Shown in pieces: positions 23,300 to 48,901 of a DNA stretch of 64,000 nucleotides. Numbering within the stretch: the stretch's first letter is position 1; every line of letters begins with the position of its first letter. Made by a program: the position numbers and the translations under genes. The notes under the pieces were generated by a model, which was not told where the DNA came from, did not search any database, and was given only the letters and a program-made list of their open reading frames with translations. Source of the stretch: Octopus vulgaris (taxonomy: Eukaryota); contig OX597823.1 of the NCBI GenBank assembly GCA_951406725.2, forward strand, positions 25,358,001-25,422,000, read 5' to 3'.

Positions 23300-26200
23300 T
23301 CACACACACACACGCACATACACACATAAATATATACACATGCATAGAAAAGTAGTAGCCGAATCAATTTTAAATACTTATTCGTTCAATTGTTATCCAT
23401 TAACATAAATATACTTGCAATTAATTTATAAAAATATCTACTACGCTGAATGCCAACAGTTTCTAATAATTCTCATACTGTAGGTAGGTAAGGGATACTT
23501 GGTAGGAAGAACGTAATTGGTTTTCATCTACATTTATTACTTGGAGGGATATGTTTCAATTCAGTTTTTGGGACGTTTCGAACAACTGTATTTCGTCAAT
23601 ATGGAAGGAAAAGTGAGGAAAATTGTTTTGAAGAAGGAAAAAATGGTGTATTATAGACAGCATCGGATTGGATGAGACAAAAGTTAACACAAGCTTGAGA
23701 AATCGGATAGCGATCGAAAATAAAGGGGTAAAAAGGCAGTTCGTGGTAGAGAGGAAATGCGTATTTTCTTCTTTTCCCGTATCCATTTCATTACCAGTCA
23801 CATTTCCTTCAGCCTTACCTCATGTTCCGTCATCCACTCTCACCAACGCACCAGCCTGCAAAATTTCGGCTTATTCACTTCAACCTCGCTATTTCGCCCA
23901 CCTTCCCTCAACATCTTGCTCTTTTTTCGACGCAAATGCAGCCTGACCGACCTTCTGTTGCTCAGTCTTTTCACCTCTCTCTACACTTAAACTGTATCAT
24001 TTTGCACTCGCTCCCGCTATCATATCTGTCACTTTGTCCAGAACATCACCAACCTTTTGATTCTTGTTTTCTCTTTGTATATTACAAATAGTTTCACCTC
24101 TGGAAATCTCTTCCTGCCCATTATTTCCCCATGCAGTTGTGAATTTGAAGTTTTTCATCAACTACGTCGATCTTGGAGTGTGATAGGTATAAGCACTGTC
24201 CCATCTCTAGAACAAACTATTAAAAAATGAGTGTATGTTTGTGTTTGAATGTGCGTGTGTAGGTGCGTGCGTGTGTGCATGCGCGTGTGCTTGTGTATGT
24301 GTGTGCGTGTGTGTGCGCGCGCGATCGATCGTTTGACTTCAAAAGTGAATAATGGTATATGAAACACGATCTCTCTCTATATAAAACTGAGAATGTGTGT
24401 GTATCTGTCTGTCTGTGTGTTTCCCTAAAACTTGAGAACTACACAACCAATTTCATTCAAATTTTACACATGCCTTACTTAGGGTCCATGTGGTTTCTTG
24501 AGCAAAAAAATTCAACTTTTTGCCTAGGGCGAGCCCATAGCAATATCATATCTTCTCCACTATTTCAGTATTACGTGTTAAAAGTGAAACAAAAATATTT
24601 CTCTATTTTATGTCAGATACTTTCACTTTCACAATAAAAATTAGAAATAATAATAACAATTGAATTATATGTAGTAAGTAATAATTAAAATCAAACTAAA
24701 GTATAATATAATCGTAACATAACAAAAGTAAAAATAGCAATTGGTATAAAATTGCATCAATGACTTGAACTTGAATAAGTGGTTTCACATGAATAGGAAT
24801 AAATGAAAAATAAAATTAGCGTGCAGACATGGAATAGTCCAGATGGAGCTGTGCACATACCGTTTACCACTACTTTTACATTAGATTATCTGCTAATTAG
24901 CTAGCATTAAGTATCTATATGAAGTTTGGCTGTATGTAATGTCTGTTTTCTCGAACAGCATCTTCTACTGAGTACTGCTGTTGGTTTATTTCTTATAAAT
25001 AAAGGACTATAGCTTCAACTGCGTACTGCTTTTTGATTCACCGTAAAGTTTGTTGTTATTATTATTACTGTTTAACTATTGTTGTCCCGTTTGTTGGGTT
25101 CTCGTAAGGGAAATATTGTTGTGTTGCATTTGTTAAATAATTGTAAACTGTAACCCTCCCCCTTTGGGAGAAGGAGATTTGGTTATTGTTTAAAAATTGG
25201 ATTGTGTCCCTGTTTGGGGAAATTGAGAATATTTTCAACGTTTACACGGAAGCATTTTTGTTAGAATGCCTTCGATAGAAGAAAGTCCAAAAATGAATTT
25301 CGCTGCAGCTGTCGGCGGGCCTCAGCTCATTAAAATTAAAATGGAAGAAATACAAACCTATTTCGGATTGATCACCGACAAAGACAGTGAATCTAGGATA
25401 ACACCACCAAATGAAATAAAAAATTAAATTAAAGAAAAGACTATTGTCTATAAAGTATACAATGTAGAGAATAAAAAAAAGATTTGAACACCTGGAGGAA
25501 AGCACAATCGAAAAATGTCTTGGTGCGACTATGAAAGATATCTAAACAGAGGCGGTAAATTCGCCACAATAGATGCAAGGTTCGAGTCAACGGAACTCGA
25601 ATCTTGCAAAGTGGAAATATTTTATTTTTACTTTTATATCTGGGACGTAGGACGTCCCGGATAAAAATTAAAAATGTCCCCCCCCCCCCACCAGAAGGCT
25701 GGATTTTAGGCTGGATTAAAAATGTCCCCCCCAGAAGGCTGGATGGTTGGCTGGATTGTAGCCACACTTCTATACAAGAGGGAGGACAAGATACAATTGA
25801 TCGAAATTGCAAGAGACGGGCCTACAATTCCAGTCTGTTATATATTTTGAGTATTGTTATCACTAGCGATATCAAGATATAACTTTGTATTTTGTATTTT
25901 ATGTGTAGATGTTTATATATAGATGTACATGTAATATGTACACATATATATACACATATATACATGCACTAGCACTATGACCCGGCAACGACGGGTCATA
26001 ATGCTAGTATACGATAAACTTTTGAGTTAGTGAAGTTATCTTCATCATCAGAGAAGGTAAAACAATCATCTGGTAACAATTGGAACCAACTTCTAATGGG
26101 AAGGAAAGATAATCTTAAGAATCAAGATTTTTCGAACTGACACGACGCGAAGGATAACTTCAATAAAACAAGAAATTAAACTTTATAGTATTTCATATGT

Positions 26201-26790
26201 TTTTAATTGTTTATTGTTCAAACTCATGCTACTGGCCACTCTGAATTAATTTTCTTCGCTTATTTTTGTTTTAATTATGCAAACCAGTCCAAGTCATAAA
26301 TGTTCTTTATAGTTTGTGTACATATCTGAGTTCTTTGTCTGCTGGAACTAATGTAGGACAACTGTTCTGCTGATAGTGCTGAGGTAGAAACACATGACCG
26401 TATCTGCCACGTTGTCTCCAGATAATCAGACTGTCTTCACCTTAAGCTGGATGGTCTAATTCAATTGTAATTAAGTGTTCTTTGACAGAAAACGAAAGAG
26501 TTGCATGCATGCTGGATCGTCAGTCGATTTGGCCTTTTTACTGAAACCAAAGAATCCTTCACAAACTGTTACTTACAGTTTAACGCAACCGTTCATCAGA
26601 CAATTATAATAATACGAATTCGTAAAAAACTTTTATAAATTAATTGTAAGTATATTTATGTTTATGGATAACAATTGAACGAATAAGTATTTAAATTGAT
26701 TCGGCTACTAATTTCTATGCATGTGTATATATTTATGTGTATGTGTGTATGTGGAGAGAAAGAGAGAGAGAGCGAGGGAGAGAGAGAGAA

Positions 26791-26821
<31 letters not shown>

Positions 26822-27005
26822 AAGAGTGAAAGAAAGAGAAAGAGGGGAGGGAGAAAAAGAGAGCGAACTGTATATATATATTTATTACGGCATATGTCTA
26901 GAGATAATATCTCTTATGGACGTGCTGTGTTTAAATGTTCAAAAGCACAATATATATAAGAGGGAAATGAAAATCGCTCCACCGGCGGCTAGCGAGAACA
27001 TAGAA
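23057..27005. mobile_element. ~3.95-kb region bounded by ~375-bp inverted repeats (23057-23433 / 26631-27005)
   Basis: The arms are reverse complements, as shown by mirrored ORFs 23092-23367(-) and 26696-27044(+). No transposase was recognised inside. Confidence 0.7.
24370..26007 (+). mobile_element. Non-autonomous Helitron
   Basis: 5' end A|TCTCTCTCTATATAAAAC...CTGTCTGT...AACCAATTTCATTCAAATTTT; 3' hairpin CCCGGCAACGACGGG then CTAG|T. Confidence 0.65.
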
Positions 27006-27401
27006 AACCACGTGTTTAGACGAGATTTGTCACCTCCAATATAAAGGAAACAGTAAATAAACCTCCGCTGCTATTGCGGATAGCCGCCCGGCTGAATAAA
27101 AATCCATTATAAGCAACAGAAGCAATATTAAATAAAAATAACCTTCAATGGCAATAAATCTTGTCAAAACATATGACTGGTTGTGCGTACTCACTATTGA
27201 TAAAACCTTATGAGGTTAAAATGCATCTAGAGTTCCTGTTAACCGCTGCTGGGATGTCCCTCCGATATATAGCATTTTTAAAAGCAGCACATCTGTTATG
27301 TGTTGAGGAATACCGCAATGATTTTACCTTTCAATGATGTATTTGCATTAAATATTAAACATAGATGAGTATTTTAATTTCATATTGCTTCTGTTGTCTA
27401 T

Positions 27402-27454
<53 letters not shown>

Positions 27455-27458
<4 letters not shown>

Positions 27459-28334
27459 TACCAAACGTAACCGGAAACATTCTCTGTGGAAAAGCTCATT
27501 GTAGTTCGAACTTTGCGCCGCTAGAAGTCACTTGATGCAACCCTCAGATATCAGTATGTCGACCGGCGTGGTCGAGTTAAGTCGTACTGCCACGGGGTGC
27601 ATCTTTGTTTTGCAGTGCTTCTCCCGTGTTCGTCGATTTTTGTAATGGTCGAAACAAAGAAACAAAGTGCTTCTGTGAACTTCTGTTTGCTGCTGGGGAA
27701 AACCGCGGCCGAAACAGTTATCATGCTTCAAACAGCTTATAAGGATGCTACCATGAGCAAAGTACAAGTTTACGAGTGGTTTTCACCCTTTGGAATGGTC
27801 ACTTGTCGCTTGAAGACCAACCTCGTTTATGGTGTCCGTCGATTTCCCGAACGAATGAAAACACCATGAAAATTCATGAACTGGCCTTGGGGGACTATCA
27901 CTCAACAACTGACGAACTTTTTGATATGACTGGTGCGCCTGGAGCTCCTGCCAACGAATTTCGAGCGAGGAATTGCGAGTGAAAAGAATTGCAGCAACAT
28001 TTGTAGCTCGCTTGCTCACAGAAGATCAAAAGCAATCACGACTAGATGCGTATCGTGAGCAGAAAGAACAGCTGGAAATTGATCCGGACCTTTTTTTCGA
28101 AAGTGACGAAAGCTGGCGCTACGGAATTTGCAAATATGGAAGGGGTGAAGAAATAAACGGTGGAGGCATTAACAGGCATCACTTTGCAAGAGTTCCAGCA
28201 GAGCTTCGAACAGTGGAAAACGCGTCTGGACCGATGCATTGCTTCAAACGGAGAATACTTTCAAGGCAACAGTGTAAACAGGTAAAACTAAGTGAATATT
28301 GCAAGATTCCGGTTTCCTTTGGGTATTCACTCGT
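27455..28334 (+). mobile_element. Mariner transposon remnant, internally deleted
   Basis: FCLLLGKTAAETVIMLQTAYKDATMSKVQVYEWF, EDQPR, FVARLLTEDQKQSR and SDESW; degenerate TIRs (..AACCGGAA / TTCCGGTTT..) inserted in (TA)n. Confidence 0.85.
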
Positions 28335-28341
28335 ATATATA

Positions 28342-29312
28342 TACAGGATATTCGGACTAAATTTCACGATTTTTTTATGTCTCCCCTGTTTAGGAACAGC
28401 TTCAATAGCGTTGGATAACATAATAATTAATTAAAGTTGTAGTTGAGAAAAAGTTAACTGAAATGTGGACTGAAAAAGCCTTTTGAATATTGAAAAAGAG
28501 TTACTTGTATCATGATGATTCGAGCAGGGTATGAAAATACTGACATCATAACTATTGCTCAATGTCGAAGGCAGCTGCAAAATCGACATTCGAGCGTGGG
28601 CCGCCATGGTTCGTGATGCCGTCAGGACCAGAGAAGAAGTCGGCTCAGCCCCTCCATAGGTGAACGTCGTCACAAGTACAAGTAAGTATTGTTCAATGCT
28701 CTATGAACACTGTAAAGGATGTAAGACATGACATGGACCGAGTTTCCCCAAAACAGTGATAGTTATGGCTGTGTCTCACAAGAGGGTGACATGCTACTCC
28801 ACGTCATTGAACAGGGTCTTAGACTCAATTCAGATAGCTTTGTGAAGCTACTGAATACTCTGATGAAACTCCGGCCGGAGAGATTTGCTGCTGGAAGGCC
28901 ATGTGTGGCAGTAAGATTCGGTTCCTTACCGTATCTCCAGAAAGAGTAAGAAATCGTTAACGGAGAATTTCTATTGCTTCACCAGGCCCCAATTTCTGGC
29001 CTCATAATCCCCCCATTGTAATCCCATGGATTACTATGTGTAGGGAGCGGTTGAGAAAGACACCGCTCTGTCTGCAAGCGCAAGGCCGAGCTAGTGGCCA
29101 AGATCGAGGAGGTATTCGAAGACCTTCCCAGGAACACGGTGAGGAACGCATGCACCAGAGGCCGTGGTGGTAGCTACAGGAGGATAATTTGAGTAAACTG
29201 TTATCTTTCAATCATAATCTAATGGATATTTTTTATTTTTTAAGTTTTATTTTTGAATGAGATAGTTTTTCTTTACCTTTTACGCAAACTGTAAAATTGA
29301 GCCCAAACACAC
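28342..29312 (+). mobile_element. Tc1/mariner-superfamily (maT-like) transposon remnant
   Basis: Decayed catalytic region ..SQEGDMLLHVIEQGLRLNSDSFVKLL...RPCVWQ*DS...CNPMDYYV*GAVEK; weak TIRs. Confidence 0.7.
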
Positions 29313-29333
29313 TCTCTCTCTCTCTCTCTCTCT

Positions 29334-29385
<52 letters not shown>

Positions 29386-29990
29386 CCGCGCCGCGAGAGG
29401 CCAAACGGAACACGAATCCAAGGCTTCAATATCAAGTTTGAACCAGAACTTCAAGGAATGGACGAACTAATTATTAATTAAACACCTATTTCTACGAAAA
29501 ATTGCTCTGAATTGTGTCTTCTAGACTCAAAAGTAGCATAGATTCGTATTGTGAATGTTATTTATTCCTTCTTGCTATTTTAACAACGTATGGAGATCGA
29601 CGTCCGAATTTTACCTAGCGGATATTCTTGTACATGTAAATTTGGAGTTGATTATCACCTCAGTTTCAAAGATATGGCATCACAAATATGAATAATTATT
29701 TATTTAGGCCAATTAAGTAAGATTTCAACTTATTCGTTGACCATTCAAATTGTCATATTTTCTAAAATATTCATTCAAATTTCACAATCAAGGTATCAAA
29801 ATATTTCTCTTTGTGTGCTCTTCAAGAAAAAGTTCAGTATAAATCACATTTAAATATTTTCAAAAATTCATAATGATATACCTATGTATTCCTGTATATA
29901 TCATCTGACCCAAAAAATCTTCGAGATAACACGTGCAACGACAGTAAAAACAATAACAACAACAACAAAAGACTTGCTGGAGTTTCTACT

Positions 29991-29996
29991 TTTATT
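29991..29996 (-). terminator. Candidate polyadenylation signal AATAAA of gene B
   Basis: AATAAA on the minus strand ~32 nt after the stop codon, a similar position to gene A. Confidence 0.5.
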
Positions 29997-30027
29997 CATT
30001 CTCATATAATCATGCTCACCATTATCT

Positions 30028-43607
<13,580 letters not shown>

Positions 43608-45261
43608 CTGGAAATGCAAAAAACCGTTCGTATGACATATTTACTAAACCAGCAACATCAAAAACAATAATTACAACAACGATGACGACGACAACAGCGC
43701 CGACAACAACTACAATAACAAGGCCGATGACAAGGACGATCAAGACAATAACAACAATCATAACAAAGACAACAGGAACAGCGGTGACGACGACGACATC
43801 AACAACGATAACGACAGCAACAGACACACCACCCACAAGAACAGCTACAACATACCGTCCACCATACACTTTTAACGGCGGTGAAGATTTGCTATATCAG
43901 GTATACCGGTATATCTATAGTTTCACGGATTCTGTAGAGCACGTCTACTTCAACTGACTATTCAGATAACATATTGCTGCTCGGTTATAAAATGATAATT
44001 TACAACGATGATTTTTTTAGAAGAAGAGTATACACCTAAGCCATAACTTAATTTATCAACTCCATCCTCTAGATAAGTGAAAACCAAAGTTGACTCCGGT
44101 AGGGTTTTATTCCAGAATATAAACGTATTTGAACTAAACCCCGCAAGACATTTTGTCCGGTGTTTTTCCGTTTGAGTCACTCTGTCAAATAGGTTCTAAT
44201 TCTCTCAAATCAAAACTGACCAACTAATAGAAGCGCAGTTGCGAGAATTTATGATAATGGGAATTAACCAAACACAAGTATTTGATATCATATATTGAGA
44301 CACGTGATATAACGTTAGGATTGATGAAAAAGAGATTGAAGACTAAAATATATTGGGCTGAATCAGTGAACTGAGAAACATTCTGGGAAATATAAGTATA
44401 AATTATTCATGTTCTTACAGTAAGCGGTAATAACAAAGGAGGTAGCTGTCTGAGAGATACTGGAATTGAGACGTGGATAATAGGTACAGAAGGCTGTCAT
44501 TTTATACTTTTATAACTGTCCTCAACAAAATCCTAGAGAGTTGAGATTTGTTGTCTCCAAATCTCAAAGCATGCAAGTTCCAGAAAATAACGAATATCAA
44601 TATCAGAATCTGTAAATATTATTAGGATATTTTCACATATCATTTCTTAGCCTTGAAGATTTGTGTTAACATTCGACATTTTTATGCATGTACTTAATTC
44701 TTGTTTTCAGAAAGCTAAACTTTCAAATTATGAATAATAAAGATTCCCCATGCTACAGGTAAGCTTCTTTTAACATTGGCTATCGTCGACATTTCTTAAT
44801 TTCCAAATCTTAGGACAGCATGCCTGCATCTTTCACATTTAATGCCAGACACAGTTTGAGACGGTTATAGAAAGTTGTTAGGGCATGCGGAGTTAACCAA
44901 AGATAATCAACGCAAGCAGCAGCAATAGTAACAGTTACTACAACAATAACAACAACGATGACTGAGACATCAAACACAAAAAGAAAACTGTAAGCAAATA
45001 AGTCCAATAGCTATAGTATATATAAAAACAATACTAATAACACGAACAATTACAATGAAAACATGAACAAAGTCAGAATAATTTCAAAAACATAAGAGCA
45101 GGTGAAAAAGTAACAATCAGAGTGAGCGAGAGAGAGAGGGGGTGAGAAAATTAGAGAGTGAGTGAGAGAGAAAGGGAGAGAGAGTGGAGAAAAGAAGGAG
45201 ATATAGAGAAAGGAGAAATAGATTGAAAGGTGATCTGCAATAGCAACAGTGAATCCAAAAT

Positions 45262-45444
45262 TGTTACCTTCAAATACCAAATGGAAATAATAATCTGTCG
45301 ATGTTTTTACAGTAATTTATAGCTATAATCTACTCAATGTATTTGAGCTGTTGTTTTAAAGTATCACGTGAGAGATAGCACATGTACGAGAGAATGAGTG
45401 AGGTTGAATGAGAGGGAGGGAGTAAGAAACACATGCTCATGTGA
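45262..45444 (-). promoter_or_regulatory. Candidate core promoter and 5' non-coding exon of gene B (copy 1, proximal)
   Basis: TCATGTGA (45437-45444), palindromic TCACGTGA (45364-45371), TATAAAT (45321-45315) and AAG|GTAACA donor (exon end 45268). The spacing mirrors gene A. Confidence 0.62.
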
Positions 45445-46244
45445 AAAATTGTTGATTACAGAGGATTCACAGGTGATAATACTTAATTGTTGGTGAATGT
45501 TATCGTACGGTTTACAGATAAAAATAAACTTGATAACAGGATCAAGCGTATTAAGATAAACGAATTGTGTACTAAGTTGACGTGTCGTTGAGTAAACAGA
45601 AATTCAATCCCGTAACTATGCTACAAGAAAAAAACAAAGTTCTTTATGAAAGAAAAGGGAACTAAAGAAAGCTTCTACAATATAGAAAGTTTTACAATAA
45701 ACCGTTATATTTCGGGCGCAAAGGCCTATCTTTAGAAGGAATATGTAATTACATCGTTTAGAAATTATATATTGCGCTCGAAATATAAGGTTTTCCTTTT
45801 GTAAAACTTTCTGCATTTTTAGAAGCGTTCTTTATTTCCTTTTCTTTCATTTTCTACTTCTATACTTCAATGATTAAAGCGAACTAGAATGCTAAGATTC
45901 TTTATAATGGAATACACGAATATCGTTTTAAAACCACATTGGTCTCTTCTGTCATTGACCAATACTTCCTAGTGAATGACAGAAGAGCAGGTTCTCAGCA
46001 AATCTGGCTTTGCAGAAGCCTTTTATGTACAAATTGAGGAGGAAGAGAGACTTCAGATGTAGGAGAAGATTATTAAAGAATGCTTCAATCACATTTATGA
46101 TGTTGGAAATCAGAGAGATATGATGATAGTTGGCAGGGTTATAGAGGTTACCTGTAGATGAAGTTTGGCTGAATGGTTAAATTAGCATTGCAAATACGAG
46201 TGTTCATCTGCGTGGCATCTTGAGAAAATGTCTTTTGCCATAGG

Positions 46245-47025
46245 TTCGAGTTAACTACTCCATGCTTCATAAGTGAAACTGAATAAATAGAAATTGTGCA
46301 GAAAACCGCCGGATGGATTGTGCCAATAATTCAAATGTACAGCCTTCTTACACACCGTATCACGCTAACTGTGCCTGTAAATTATATTAAGGCTACTCGT
46401 GTCTGTGTAATACTCTATCACTCGAAGTCTAATTCAATGAGCAAATAAAACTACCGAACCGCCATCATGAAGCCGACGGAGATCCATTACATTAAGAGGT
46501 TCTACTTATTTAAGAGGAGACACATTGTAGCAGGTTTCCAAATATTAGAGTATAGTGAAAAACATTACAAAATTTAGCAAGGATAAAGGCTCTCCTTTGG
46601 ACGCAACGTTAGAGCATAATAGAAGAGAAATTATTCGAGTTAACTACTCCATGCTTCATAAGTGAAACTGAATAAATAGAAATTGTGCAGAAAACCGCCG
46701 GATGGATTGTGCCAATAATTCAAATGTACAGCCTTCTTACACACCGTATCACGCTAACTGTGCCTGTAAATTATATTAAGGCTACTCGTGTCTGTGTAAT
46801 ACTCTATCACTCGAAGTCTAATTCAATGAGCAAATAAAACTACCGAACCGCCATCATGAAGCCGACGGAGATCCATTACATTAAGAGGTTCTACTTATTT
46901 AAGAGGAGACACATTGTAGCAGGTTTCCAAATATTAGAGTATAGTGAAAAACATTACAAAATTTAGCAAGGATAAAGGCTCTCCTTTGGACGCAACGTTA
47001 GAGCATAATAGAAGAGAAATTATTC
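46245..47025. repeat. 389-bp tandem duplication inside repeat unit 1 (also in unit 2, ~49702-50469)
   Basis: TTCGAGTTAACTACTCC... occurs at 46245 and 46634, with TTC microhomology at the junction. Confidence 0.93.
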
Positions 47026-48718
47026 CTGCAGGACATGGAAGCCAAGTCACCTGCACTTCTACGTAGCTATATGACTGAAATCACATTCTACACATTCTAT
47101 GCTATGGGTATGTTATGATCACTTTATGAGTGTTGGAAAAGGATGGCATCAAAATAACCACATGAAACAACTCTTTCTAGTTCAGAAAAGAATTTACGTT
47201 GATTCGGTTGTTAATCTGCCACCCGGACTTAACGGTATCGCCCTTGATTTATGAGCCAAGTATGAATCTATGAATCTTGAGTACAAGATAATTCGAAATA
47301 ATACCAGAAAACCAACGCCATCCTCTCTCTCTATCTTTATGTCGCTTCTGTATTTAAGCCAGTTTTGCGTATTAGAATTTAAGTCAAGTCCTTGTTCCTA
47401 AATAGTCTTCGGAGGCAGATTATTTCCTTCCTTTTCCTCAAGAATAATTTTTCTTGCCTTAAAAACAAAAAGCGCGAATTTTTGCAACAGAGGGGTGGAT
47501 TCCACTAATAGATGTTATGAAACAAGGTAGTGGTAATAAACCGAGAGACGAATTAAATCTTCTGCCTAAGTAAGTCTTGGTGACATTTGAACTCAGAACT
47601 CTAAGAGCAAGAACAAATGTAAGGAATCCCGTCCAATGTTCTAACGACATCGCCAGTTCACTACCCTAAACAGACTCTTTATCTATCAATTCCGGAAAGC
47701 TGAAAAATGAAATTGACTTCGGCGAGTTCGAACTCAGAACGAAGAGAGTCTGAATAAATACTGCAAGGCATTTCATCCTACGCTCTAACGACTTTTCTAA
47801 TTTGCCAAATAAATACACTTTACGAAACTTTTTGCGAGTATTTGAGTGTCTAAGTACGCTGAATAAAGCACACACACACACATAAGCAGACACATACAAG
47901 CATACATACGCGCACACACATATACACACACACGTACATACATACATACATACATACATACATACATACATACATACATACATACATACATAAGGTGGAT
48001 TTTAACAACGATTGCGACATGTGTCCAAGTTGTTCAATTATATATAACGAATATCAATATCAGAATCTGTAAATATTATTAGGATATTTTCACATATCAT
48101 TTCTTAGCCTTGAAGATTTGTGTTAACATTCGACATTTTTATGCATGTACTTAATTCTTGTTTTCAGAAAGCTAAACTTTCAAATTATGAATAATAAAGA
48201 TTCCCCATGCTACAGGTAAGCTTCTTTTAACATTGGCTATCGTCGACATTTCTTAATTTCCAAATCTTAGGACAGCATGCCTGCATCTTTCACATTTAAT
48301 GCCAGACACAGTTTGAGACGGTTATAGAAAGTTGTTAGGGCATGCGGAGTTAACCAAAGATAATCAACGCAAGCAGCAGCAATAGTAACAGTTACTACAA
48401 CAATAACAACAACGATGACTGAGACATCAAACACAAAAAGAAAACTGTAAGCAAATAAGTCCAATAGCTATAGTATATATAAAAACAATACTAATAACAC
48501 GAACAATTACAATGAAAACATGAACAAAGTCAGAATAATTTCAAAAACATAAGAGCAGGTGAAAAAGTAACAATCAGAGTGAGCGAGAGAGAGAGGGGGT
48601 GAGAAAATTAGAGAGTGAGTGAGAGAGAAAGGGAGAGAGAGTGGAGAAAAGAAGGAGATATAGAGAAAGGAGAAATAGATTGAAAGGTGATCTGCAATAG
48701 CAACAGTGAATCCAAAAT

Positions 48719-48901
48719 TGTTACCTTCAAATACCAAATGGAAATAATAATCTGTCGATGTTTTTACAGTAATTTATAGCTATAATCTACTCAATGTATT
48801 TGAGCTGTTGTTTTAAAGTATCACGTGAGAGATAGCACATGTACGAGAGAATGAGTGAGGTTGAATGAGAGGGAGGGAGTAAGAAACACATGCTCATGTG
48901 A
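48719..48901 (-). promoter_or_regulatory. Duplicate of gene B candidate promoter/first exon (copy 2)
   Basis: Same sequence inside repeat unit 2: TCACGTGA 48821-48828, TATA 48778-48772, exon end 48725. Confidence 0.5.

Noticed and set aside
26500-26620. CTGATGA on the minus strand near a TGCATGCA palindrome
   Set aside because: There is no correctly placed GAAA or closing helices.
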